Below, piece by piece: positions 24,821 to 36,706 of a stretch of 64,000 nt of DNA; position 1 is the stretch's first letter, and the number at the start of each line of letters is the position of its first letter. Source of the DNA: Eledone cirrhosa (lineage: Eukaryota). The notes under the pieces were generated by a model. That model was not told the origin of the DNA and did no database searches. It saw only the letters and a program-made list of their open reading frames with translations. Location of the stretch: the NCBI GenBank assembly GCA_964016885.1, contig OZ024742.1, positions 136,710,001-136,774,000 on the forward strand. Direction: 5' to 3'. The position numbers were made by a program, and so were the translations under genes.

Positions 24821-25570
24821 CTCACTGAGATAAATCTCTCAGAGAAGCAATATTATATATTAAAAGTAAGTGAGATAAAACTCAAATTATAGGAGTACAC
24901 ACAAGATAGACTAAAAAAAGTATTCTATCTCACTTCACTTATGTATAGATTCCCCTACCATGGTTTCATATGGGGAGGATTTTATTGGAACCACTAATCA
25001 TTGAAGAATCCACCATACTCTGCAGGGGAGTTTACTTCTTCAATAGCTAAGAGAAATTGAACAAGATATAATACATACTGTTTCCTTTTCTGAGGCAGCA
25101 TGGTGGAATAAACACATGCATATTGTTTCGTTATCAAAATCTCCTAGCACATTAGGTCTACTTGACAGGCAGATAATGTCACTAGAAATAGCAGCCAAAA
25201 GACTGTTTGGTACAGCTCGACAAATTACAGAGAAGTTTAATATTAATTAAGGGTTAATTAGTCTCTAATACTAAATCATCTCAATGAGAGAAATCTCTGA
25301 GAAATTTTAGTGAGAAAAAACTCTAATTATAGGAGCACAAACAAGATAGACAAAAAAGTATCTATCTAACCTCACTTATATATAGACCTCCCTATCATGC
25401 TTTCATATAGGGAAAGAATTCTTATTGGAACAACCAATAATTGAAGAATCCACCATACTTCTCAGGGGAGTTTACTTCAAGGGCTAAGAGAAACAAGATA
25501 TAATGTATACTGTCTCTTTTGCCGAGGCAGTATGGTGGAATAAAAGACTGATAATGTTGCTAGAAATAGG
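24818..25570 (+). repeat. Diverged direct tandem duplication (period ~459 bp)
   Basis: Units start at 24818 (CATCTCACTGAGATAAATCTCT) and 25277 (CATCTCAATGAGAGAAATCTCT) and share TTGAAGAATCCACCATACT..CAGGGGAGTTTACTTC..ATGGTGGAATAAA. Confidence 0.9.
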
Positions 25571-26151
25571 CACAAAAAGAATTAATAAATGACTGATAAG
25601 TTTCAGAAAGCCAATACAATGTGGTAGATAGGTCTACATTTTAGGGAAGAACACATCGATTGTTCATTTTGCTTTTGAACAGTTTTCATTTTACATTTGA
25701 AAAGGGGGCATTAGCTCTGAAATATCATGTTGAAACAAACCAGGTAAAATATTGCTTGATTTTCTCTTATTTGTCATCCTTTTTCCTTTATATATGTTTA
25801 CCGCATTGTACCAGTTTTCTGGAACTTATTGGTCTTTTAATGCATATCTCACAATACTTCGTATTTACTATACTACTTAACAAGAATTAATAATATATTA
25901 TTTTGTCGCATTCTACAAAATCTACAAAACTTTTGCTTGTAAATACAGATATTTACAGCAAATTTGTCGAGTTTATATGTAGAGTTTATATTAGAATTAT
26001 TTTGGGAAAGCCAGTGCAATACATGTTAGATATAAAGGAATGAAAATGGATAAAACAAAACTCTGAAATATGTATGTAATATTGTTTTATCGGTCAGTTG
26101 ATCTATTCTATTTACATACATACATACATATAATATGTCTTTTATGCACAA

Positions 26152-26669
26152 GTAAATTGAGTATTAGAGTCCACAAAGGTAATAGATAATAATGTATAAC
26201 CTTAAGTAAATCATTTAACATTTCAATCTCAATCTCAGATAGTCATCTGTGTTTGTGCATTGCCCTTGCTGGATCACAAATCCTCTGTTCAGTTAATTAA
26301 AAGAGCCCCATCTCCTGCCATACTCATAACATCTTTTGTCTATATCCTGTAATTGACACACCATTTTCATTCACAGGCCTGCTTCTAAAATAACACTCCA
26401 TAACAGCCTTGTTTACCTTCTTACTCCACTTCATTCTATGTCATAATGACCACCGAGCCTCTGCTGCTCAACTACAGGGCACCTACTGGACAAGGCACCT
26501 TCAATAGTAGCTCCAGCACCATTCATGTCATTGTGTAAACAAATGTTTTGATTCATTTCTCTTATTTAGGTTAGTGGTTTTAAGGTTCCACTACAATCAA
26601 TGTTGTTTTTTTTTCTGAGACACCATCTCTAGAGGGTGACATAAACGACTTTAAGGGGCCCTTAAACCT
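26152..26669 (-). mobile_element. R4/Dong-like 5' fragment between 21-bp direct repeats
   Basis: Minus strand 26437-26222 reads RMKWSKKVNKAVMECYFRSRPVNENGVSITGYRQKML*VWQEMGLF*LTEQRICDPARAMHKHR*LSEIEIE, like the R4-clade N-terminal domain (from memory). TAATATGTCTTTTATGCACAA occurs at 26131-26151 and 26670-26690. Confidence 0.65.
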
Positions 26670-26822
26670 TAATATGTCTTTTATGCACAAAATTGAAGTC
26701 ATCTATCCTGCGCTGATCACCAATCTGGTATTTATTACTCCTCAGCTATTATTATTATTATTATTATCATCAATTCTACCCCTATTATCGCTACCATTAT
26801 TATTGTTATTATTATTTTACAG

Positions 26823-27122
26823 ATAAACGGTGTCAACTTGTTGACTGTTGAGTACAACCGGGAGGCAAACACGGAAACTGTGATGGACAAATCAATGAGA
26901 GACATACTAACTGTTGTCTATGATAATACTGGCCTACCAACACATTTCCTGCCAAACACTGGTCACAATGACTTGAACATCAGCTACACCAGACATGGTG
27001 CCGTGGAGAAGTGGCAATATGGTGAACTTACTGAACAGCGCATGTATGAGAAAGGAATGATGGTCGAGAAGATTTCCACAAATGGCGCTCAGTATCGGTA
27101 TATTTATAGTTATGGATTTAAA
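26823..27122 (+). CDS. TENM: Teneurin, third-last coding exon (YD repeats), 100 codons, phase 0/0
   Basis: Acceptor ttttacag|ATA AAC GGT; donor TTT AAA|gtgagt. INGVNLLTVEYNREANTETVMDKSMRDILTVVYDNTGLPTHFLP... resembles the teneurin segment VNGRNLLSVDFDR..EKIYDD..LRIAYD..GHPTLW.P. Confidence 0.9.
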
Positions 27123-27836
27123 GTGAGTATAAACAATTTGTTTTCAATGCTTGTTTTTGCTTAGTTTGGTCTCTCTCTTTCTCACACTGTTTGTAGGTCA
27201 TTAATCATGGAAACAATACTTATATCACAATTTGGTGCCAAAATCAATATTCAGTGTGGCATCAACCTCATGAAAAACATACATACATCATGAAGATAGT
27301 GCTTGGCAGTGTATGAATCCAATCGTCAAGCTTAAAATACAAATTCTGGTAGAAAACCCATAAAATGGTGAAGCAAGGATCTCATATAAATACAAAAATA
27401 CAATATGCCTATAATAAAAGAAGCAGTAAAAATTGACCAGCAACACTCTTGATGGTGAGGAAAAGTTCCTGAAGGTCAGGAAAAGTTTCCAAAATTACGG
27501 ACATAGGAATTTTGGTGTGCCACATGATCTGTAGTAGCATCATAAGAAAATATGAGAATATATATGATATATATATATATATAGTAATAATAATGAATTT
27601 GAAGACTAAAATCCAAAGAGGGCTCGATAAGGATAAATATATATCAGATATATACGAACCGTAGAGCAAATATTTATTAAAATAAGATTAAAGTTTATGT
27701 ATATATATATATATTTATATACATACAGAGAGAGAGTGAGTGAGAGATACAATGAGCTTTCACAGTTTCTATCAAATTACACGTATATATAACCTTGGTC
27801 AGTAAATATGCATATATATATTATGTGTGGATATGA

Positions 27837-27954
<118 letters not shown>

Positions 27955-27962
27955 TATATATT

Positions 27963-28239
27963 ATGGAGGCACATGGCTTAGTGGTTAGAGCATTGGCCTT
28001 GCAATCGAAAGGTTGTGAGTTCAATTCTCTGTGTTGTTTCCTTGAGCAAGACACTTTATTTCACATTGCTCCAGTGCAAAGTGGTCATGGAGGTGTCACG
28101 GCAAAAAAGCACCCACCACTCACTGTAAATGAGGTTGGTGTTAGGAAGGGCATCCAGCTGTAGAAATCAAGCCAGAATCAGTTCCCGTCCCACCCTTGCA
28201 AGCAGAGAAAAGCAAACGTAAAATGATGATGATGATGAT
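27963..28239 (+). mobile_element. SINE family 2 (tRNA head + CORE-like + RTE tail), internally deleted
   Basis: Same as 39305-39658 but lacks ~50 nt after TTGCTCCAGT; follows a TA run; (GAT)n tail. Confidence 0.88.
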
Positions 28240-28829
28240 ATATAAACTGTATAAATACATACACAGAAATAACCCATCTGAAGAATTAATTTCCTGTGAA
28301 ATCTCTCAATGTATCCAATTATATGATTATATAGATTTTGTGTAACCACTTTTCAAAATATCAGCTTATCTGCCTGCCTGTCTATTTAAAACCATTGAAC
28401 TTTATGTATGAACATCTATATTATAAGTATAGAGCTACAAACAGAAAAGGTAGATACAATCATAAATATGAAATCAGGCTCTTATGAAATATATATACGG
28501 TCAGAGTTCTATATGCGTGTGTGTATATATATATATATCACATTAACCAAAAGAAAGATCGCAGTAAAGTACTTTACAATAAAGAAACTTTATAAGCATC
28601 TCACCCTCAGAGTAGATTACTTGTTAAACAACCTAAAGCTAGAGGGCTCAACAAGTTATCCTTTTACTGCAGTTTTACAGCCTAAAGAACAGAACTGACC
28701 ATCTTAATCAATTAAGATAGTTTGTTCTGCCAGAACTTGCTCGATCTTCAGAGAGGATTCCTGTTCCATATGATAAGAGATGAGATATATTTCCCTGTTG
28801 TTAGACATTATGTCTGTTCAAAACAAGCA

Positions 28830-28879
<50 letters not shown>

Positions 28880-29394
28880 AGATAAATGGTTTCATATACC
28901 AGATGTAAAAACAGATAAGGATATAACATCTAGATTAAGAACAGGAGGATACAGACAGACTGATACTATAAGTGGTTGCATACAAAGCAATATATTGATA
29001 AACATCAAATGAAATGAATTAATTCCACATTTGTTTGTGTAAGTGTGTGTGACTGCATGCCCACATATATAATATATATGTTTATGTATCTACACAGGGG
29101 TGGAAATATATGGTATGCAGAAAGATGGTGTTTCTCATACTAAAGTGAACCTCCCAAACCTGAAACATTTTTGAAAGAAGCCCTACAAATGGCAAATTCT
29201 AGAACACACTTGGAAAATCTTCATTGAATGTGCTTGCACAAGTTGGACTTGCCTAACCTTCATAAGTAACACCTTTGTGTGTGCACTATTTACCATGCTG
29301 TTTTGCACTACTCTGTGTTGAAAATGCTTTAAAAGATCATCAGGCCAGTGCTTAGCTCCAGTTTCCTTGGCATTAAGTGACTGAGAGTACAAGA

Positions 29395-29577
29395 CTCTCT
29401 CTTGATAAGATGCTGGTCTATTACAGGATTAACTCCCCAGTTACTGCTGGTACTCACTCTCAGGTGAGTGTACTGGAGCAACGTAAAATAAAGTGTGTTG
29501 CTGAAGAACACAATGCAACAAACCGATGAAATTACCATCATACATTAAGCATTCTAACCATTACACCATGTGCCTTT
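29395..29577 (-). mobile_element. Degenerate SINE family 2-related copy
   Basis: + strand GAGTGTACTGGAGCAACGTAAAATAAAGTGTGTTGCT..TCTAACCATTACACCATGTGCCTTT is the reverse complement of the head and core. Confidence 0.6.
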
Positions 29578-31196
29578 ACTGTAAAGAAAGCTTTCATGGC
29601 TTTAGTTACTGTAAAACAAACAACATAAGATAGGAATAAGTGTTTTGATGGAATAAGACAATACACTTAAACAACAAGATCACACAGGGTAACCAGCAAT
29701 ATTTTCATCAATAGGAAACAGAGGAGCAGCTGAAGAATGAGAAAAGGAAGGTGGGTGGGGGGAAATGACTACCAACAGTAACAAGGTTTTGAGACATATT
29801 AATCCCAGGATTAATTTGGTCAGTCATACATTAGAGGATATATTACAAAGGAATAGAGCAGGTAGCTATATTTCTAGGCATTTTATACAACCCTACCTAC
29901 CACAAACATGCACACACACACATAGTTTTGAAAATACAACAATAAACATAGCTGTGGTTTGAAACAAACAACTTTACAATGTCTTTCCTCACCTCACTTC
30001 ATTCTGCTGCCAAAAACTTGACACAAATTTTACATACTAATTTTTTTATTCCACCTTCTTCGTGTCGTCTTTTGGTGCCTCTTGTTTTTTCCTGTTATAA
30101 TTTTCTTCTTGTTAGTTTTTGCCCTCTTCCTCCTACTCGTCGGCACCACCATCATCACCATCAATAGCATCATCACATTCAAATAATATGTCTTGCTTTT
30201 TGTCACATGTCTGTTTGTCTGTTGAAACATTATTGTTTGCTGGTCAAAAATAAATAGATAAAACTAGAAAAATGAAAAAAAAAAAAAAAAAATGAAACAA
30301 AAAAACAAGTGGAAAATTACAGTACAAATAAATAAAACATTAAAAAAATATGTAATGAAAAAATGTTAATATCATAAAAAAGAGAAACAAATACAAAACA
30401 CTGCCACCAACAACAAATACTACTACTACTACTACTACTATTATTATTGTTATTATTATTATTTCTTCCTCTTATAATTTCAACAATTGTTTTTAGTCTG
30501 TTGTAATAAATAGTCTTTGACATTTTCCAAAGAAACATTAAATGCCTAGCAGGAACTAGTTCTGACCTACTACTGTCCTTCTTGGGATAACAGATTTTAG
30601 GTTTTTTTAGGTTTTATTTCATTTTCTTTTTTTTCTCCCTCCCCTAATTGCCAACATTTTAGTAACATTCTCTGTATATGTTTTTGTGTATCTTGACGTG
30701 TGTGTGTGTTTGTACCAGTCTGTGAGTCTACCTAACTGTATGTGTGTGCGTTTCACTCTCATTCTTGCTACAGTTGGTTAATTTTCTTTTCCTTCCCACA
30801 AATCATACATATATACATACATACACCTAAACTTTATTTTTGTCTGTCCAAAGGAGTCATTGGCTCTCCTTTTCACAAATACACACATACAGACAATTAA
30901 ACTTTATATGCGCAAGGGAGTATTTCACTAGATATGATTCAAATTTCCCTCAAATTACATACAGCAGTCAGGAAAAAGGAGAAATATTGTACAATGATGT
31001 CCTAGATATGTAATGTCCCCAGCAAGGAAAGGAATGTCCTGGTTAGAATGCCTTTGTTTATAGATGTACTGTTAGAGATAACCTTGAATTATCTGACAAT
31101 AACCTAAAGATTCCATGCAATTCATATGAATGTGCAATTGTGCTGAAAGAAGGAAAATATTAATATTTAATGAAACAGAATTTCTCTTACTTTTCA

Positions 31197-31425
31197 TTAA
31201 TCCTCTAACATTTAAACAGGCCGTATCTGGCCAGAACTCTCTCACTTATTTCTGTTCAAACTGGTTGTAACTGGCCTCTCATACCTACATTAAGGTATTG
31301 TTCTCAAAATATATAACATCAAAATCTCATGGATTCAATATTATGTGAGATAATTATGTTAGGTAAAGGGTTTACTGTGAAAGTACAATAGTAAATGTAG
31401 AATAATGTCAATGCTAAAGGATTAA
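31197..31425. mobile_element. TTAA-bounded MITE (piggyBac-like)
   Basis: Ends TTAATCCTCTAACATT (31197-31212) and AATGCTAAAGGATTAA (31410-31425) are 14/16 inverted matches with TTAA termini. Confidence 0.6.
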
Positions 31426-31485
31426 ACTATTTTACATAATTGACTAGCTCAGAGATTAGGGAGTAACTCCAGGTAGAGCTGCTAC

Positions 31486-31735
31486 CTCACTTAGGAATGT
31501 CCAAAGAAGAAATCACTGGACAGATTTTACAGGCAAGAGACTGAGGGGTAGAATTTGAGCAAGACGGTTGGATAACATTTATGAACTTGGCTGATCTCAT
31601 TTGGGGATCAAGTTGGATCAATTGAAGACAGTTACTTCTGACAGGACTCTCTGGAATGCGTGTTTGATGACTCTGCCCACATGACCCTTCCAGAACTAAG
31701 TGGTCAAAGAAGACGAGAAGTTGCAATGGATGCAT
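31486..31735 (+). mobile_element. Degenerate Rex3/Expander-like RTE 3' end
   Basis: Homologous to the reverse complement of ~3836-4030 (ATCACTGGACAGATTTTA..GATAACAT.TATGAACT.GCTG..GGATCAATTG.AGACAGTT..TCTGACAGGA). Confidence 0.75.
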
Positions 31736-32988
31736 CAGATAGGATGCCTTGCAGGATTTGCCCTGGTCTTCTGTAATGTGGTTTTCTATATAGAACTTTG
31801 TTTCTCATTCTTTAGGAGAGCAATAGTTTAGTCTTTCTATATTAAGTAAATTACATTTCGCAATGTTATCCAGTAAAACTATAGAAAAACCTAATTTATT
31901 AGCTGCTATTTTATTTTTATCATGTGAGGTTATTGTTCGGTATGAATGAGAATTTGGTCCTAAAAGTCTTTGTTTGTTGTAGGTTTTGTCTATTCCTCAT
32001 TTACTAGTCTTAGATCAACCCAATCCTTGTGAAGTTTGGTAGACTGAAACTATTTGGAAACCTGTCAGATGGACTGTACATGTAATTCAAGAGGCCAGTC
32101 TTGTCATGTGTTGTGTCCTCTCTGAATGTCCCAGATAACTACGCTCAAGGTACACATTTCTATGGAATGGCCACCAACTTGCACGTTAATATCACAAGCA
32201 AGCCACTCCATTATTCAAACAACTGGAACACTGATCATGTAACCTGCTGGATATCCATTTCCTTTCTTCTTATTTTTAGTTCATTAGGTATGTGTGCTTC
32301 AATTCATCCAAAAGCCAAGAATAGATACCAAATCAACTTGCAATAAACTAACATATCCAGAGACCCATTTCTCTCTCTCTCACCCATTCAATATTTCTTA
32401 GAGCCATTTCTATTAATAATTCTAAGATATATATTATAATTTATTTTATATTTTGTGAACGAAAGTGGTCATTCTCTCTCTTTCTTACACACACACATAC
32501 ACACACTCACAAGAAAGTTCATATGGCAAACAGTATTTATATATTTTAAAAGAAAAACAATACCAAGAAAAGGGAGGGAAATTAATAACCATTGGTATTA
32601 CAGCATTTAGTTATAAGTGTATACATGGCATTCATTATTTATATTGGTAATCTTCAAAGCAACATATGTTCAGTATTCAGAATAGAAATGCATATTAAAT
32701 CATATTGCAACATCTACTTATTCTTGTTAATAATACTGTTTTTAGTATTTATTTATTCAGCTTAACTTTGCTCAGATATCATTTATAACTTGTATATAGG
32801 CTTATACGAATAACATCTCCAATCAATTTTCTACAACAAGTTTCTGGAGACATTTCAATATCTTTTCCAACCAACCAACATTATTGTCATTTATATATAG
32901 CATGAATGTATACGCCTTTGTATATATGACTTCTCTGAATCAATCTTCTGCTACATATTTCATAAAAATATTTCATTATCTTTTTCAG

Positions 32989-34600
32989 CCAACTGACATT
33001 ATTCTTCCAAGTGGTAAGCAATACCGGTTCCATTATGACTCAGAAGGCAATTTGATCTCAGTGACAATGCCCAGCTTAGGAGTGCATAGATTTGCCTATG
33101 TCACATCGATCAGATTCCAGCGTTATCTATACTACCCTCCAAAGGCTCAGTTACCTTTCATCAAGGACATTGATGGAAATGGCAAGTTGCGGCAAATCCT
33201 GTATCCAAGCGAACGCAAGCGAGTCGTCTACAGATATAATAACCACTTCCAGCCTGTCACCATTCTGTTTGACGACTCACATATTAGCTACGGTTATGAC
33301 AGTCAGACCGGGAAACTGAATAAACTGGAAGCCTTCTACACGGGTTATGGGTGCCAGTATATGTACTACCACAGTAGTACTTTAATTAGCAGCATCGAGG
33401 TTCAATTTCAACAAGACAGACAACTTATCGGTGCCAAATCTTTCTATAATTATGACAACAACTTCCGGCTTACTTATATGCACATTGTGTTCACCAATAA
33501 CGAGACGACATCGACTAACTTCAGCTATAATTTAAACACTGGGAAACTGGCAAATATCAAACAGTTTAAAGTAAACTGGCCCTTACCTGATAGAGAGATA
33601 ATCTCTGACGAAAATGTCAAGATCAACCGAGAATACGACCATTATGGAAGACTTAAAGACATTGAGTACAAGTTTGGAGAGACTCAACGATTTAAACTTG
33701 AAATCAACTATGACCATACCAATCGAATTCATGAATGGAGGCGTAAAATTGGTCATGTCAATTCTGAAGCAGTTGAATATGTGTACGATATTGATAACAA
33801 TGTCATCGATGTCTTAATTGATGACAAAAGAGCTTGGCATTTTGGCTATGATGCAAATGGAAATATAGCTAAAATCACGACCGATGGCCGAACAAAAGAA
33901 CTGCACTTTGACGAAGCAGATCATATTAAGAAATACGGAGAAAAGTACTACAAATTTGACCCAGACGGTTTCATGGTGCAGCGCAATAAGGAACACTTAT
34001 ATTTTAACTCTCTTGGACAATTACGTTCGGTGACAAAAGCCGAGGAGTATAAGGTGTTTTTCTCCTATGATCCAATCGGGAGACTTGTTGTGTTTAAGGA
34101 CCTTGTAGGCAATGTATTGCAATATTTCTATCTGGATGTTGAACATCCTGAACGAATAACGCACACCTACAATCATGGAAACGGGGACACAACACAATAT
34201 CATTATGATGAACTTGGCCATTTGATAAGTATGGAACGGCGTGGGAATTCCTACTACATTGCTAACGACCCGACTGGAACTCCTCTAGTCGTCTTTGACA
34301 TCCAAGGGAATGTTATGAAACAAATGAGCTATGATCCACTTGGTTCAGTGACCTCAGATACTAACCCACACTTTGAATTCTCCTTTGGTTTCCAAGGAGG
34401 AATCCACAATCCAATTACAAAACTTTTGCACATTAGAAACCGTGTGTATGATCCACAAATTGGACGATGGGTCGCACCGGATTTTTCAAATGTATTTGAA
34501 AAAGTCAAAGATGCAATTGAGAAACCAGAAGTCTTAAATATATACCAATATCACTTATTAGTCAATTTACATACGAAAAATCGGAAATACCCATTAACAG
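32989..34600 (+). CDS. TENM: Teneurin, penultimate coding exon (YD/RHS shell and RHS core), 1612 nt, phase 0/1
   Basis: Acceptor tttttcag|CCA; donor ACA G|gtaaat. Many YD-x-x-G repeats (YDSEGNL, YDHYGRL, YDANGNI, YDPIGRL, YDELGHL), plus YYIANDPTGTPLVVF, YDPLG and GFQGGIHNPITKLLHIRNRVYDPQIGRWVAPD. Confidence 0.96.
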
Positions 34601-35292
34601 GTAAATATCCAAACCAACAGAAGTTGGTTTTTATATATTTCTTTCATTTTAAAAATGTTATTCTTTATATTTAGAAGAAAACGTGATTTATAAAGGGAGA
34701 TATGATATTGATAGATTGTTCACCTTATAGTTTGAAAAATTTTAACATGCAAAATATTGAGTATCCTTAGTCAATGTCATTAAGTCTACTTCATTTGATT
34801 TGATTAAAGAATTGTTGCTGCTAATTTGCATTAGATGTACAATGTACAACTGATTAACAACATATGACGCATTTACTTTAATTATACAAATGCAATAATT
34901 ATCAATTCTCTCGTTACCATACTGAAAGGCAATGCCTATAATTTTCAAAGAATTTTGAAAATATTCCACCATTTCAAGGGACTTAGTAATAGGACTAATG
35001 TTCGCATTATTAAATTGGTGTTTGCTGCATATTGAATTTACAGTGACTTAATGCTTCTCATACAAAATTATGATGGAAGGAATTGAGATAAATATAGTTA
35101 CATTGAAACAAATTTGTAACCAGGAACAGTTTGATATCAAAAGAGTTAATTTCATTTCATTTGAATCAGTAGATCAGACATAGAATCCATTTAACTATTA
35201 GAATCCATTTAACTATTGTTCATTGTCAATAAGTTTCAACTGTATGGTCAAACTACTTTTTAAATATGGATATTGTGGATCTGTGGTAAACA

Positions 35293-35478
35293 ATGATTGT
35301 TTCTACTTTTGGCACAAGGCCAGCAATTACCCAGTGCATTACTGGTACTTTATTTTATCGACCCCGTAAGGATGAAAGGCACAGTTAACCTCGGCGGGAT
35401 TTGAACTCAGAATGGCAAGGGCCCTAACTCTATACGTCAAAGCATGGCGTCCGACCCTCTACCGATACTGCCAATCCA
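35293..35478 (-). mobile_element. SINE family 1, short form
   Basis: Reverse complement near-identical to 19274-19454 and 61220-61405. Confidence 0.9.
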
Positions 35479-36399
35479 AATGTTAACCACTATTGCAAAG
35501 AAGAAAGAAAAATATGAATCATTATTAGGGACCTAAGATATCATTAATTTCCTTTGGAACCTGTACAGTTCCACAAACTTCATGGCAGCCATTGCTAATG
35601 ATGGTTGTATGTAATCACAAAGAAATAAAGGCAAGAGTCTGACTTTTCATTCTTTATTCTCACATTCTTAGTGTTTAGATGACGAATACACACATCAATC
35701 AGATATATGGAATTTCAATCATAGATAACGCAATGTTTCATACATATGATCATGTCAGTTGTGAATTGCTTATATAAGATCTAATTTTCGCAGTTCATAG
35801 TTTTTGGCTTTAAATAATACTTTGAATAGATATTTTCATAGACAAAGTACAGTGTAAAGCATTGTAGTGCAAGAAGGATAGCAGATAAAATTGAACATCA
35901 AGGAAAAAAATAAATTATTTATGCTTCCTGTAAGAAACCTGACCAGATAGCTAACATTGTAAAATATTGGCAGAAATAGCGAAATATCTGCAATTATGAT
36001 TGAATTGTTTTTGAACTGATTGTTGATATTAATGTTATTAACACAGAAGGGACTCTAACCAAGATGGTTTTATGCAAGTATAGATGAAATGACTTCCTTG
36101 AGATAGTTGTGTTGCCCTCCTTTCACAATCAGAATTATCTATTAATGGGAGAATTGAACTAATTTACTTTTAATGTTTGGAAATTGGGAGATAGGAAGGA
36201 TATTAACAGAGAATGGGAGGTCTACCTTATATGTGGGAGTTTACCTGATACGGTTCTCTGAAGAACGCTATCAATGCTATTGTATTCTCAACATCCATAT
36301 GGATATACACAATGGTTAATGGATTGTAACAGTGTGCTGTCCATGGACAATAATATTTTCCTTTTATTTACTCAAGTGGGCAATCTATTTATTTATCTA

Positions 36400-36706
36400 T
36401 CTAAAAACCTCTTTGCACCTAGAAAGCTCCCTTCCGAGGCACATATCTGGGCAAGATTGTTTTGTAGAAGAATAGCAATTGCCCATGCATACTGGTCCCC
36501 CTCTGATGTGGTGTAAGGGAAACACAAAGGCCAAAACAGCTTGGCACCAGTGACATTGAAACTAATTTCTACAGCTGAGTAAAAATGGAACAATGTGAAA
36601 TAAAGTGTCTTGCTTAAGGACACAACGCATCAACCAGTCCGGGCATCAAACTCACAACTTCATGATTGCAAGCCTAAAGCTCTAACAACTAAGCCACGTG
36701 CCTTCA
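36400..36706 (-). mobile_element. SINE family 2 head/core with an alternative (non-RTE) tail
   Basis: Minus strand GAAGGCACGTGGCTTAGTTGTTAGAG..GAGTTTGATGCC..CCTTAAGCAAGACACTTTATTTCACATTGTTCCATTTTTACTCAGCTGTAGAAAT, then an unrelated tail. Confidence 0.75.

Noticed and set aside
1-26822. Additional upstream teneurin exons
   Set aside because: No teneurin-like peptide in the ORF track or by eye; small exons cannot be excluded without cDNA alignment.
32884-34674. 596-aa ORF as a stand-alone bacterial-type RHS toxin or horizontally transferred gene
   Set aside because: Bounded by canonical splice sites in phase with two other teneurin exons; the ORF's first 35 and last ~24 codons are intronic.
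34601-34674. Read-through past the donor giving a teneurin lacking the Tox-GHH domain
   Set aside because: A 24-codon open extension is expected by chance; no transcript evidence.
34902-35149. Second TTAA-type MITE
   Set aside because: Putative terminal repeats match only about 12/19; too degenerate to support.
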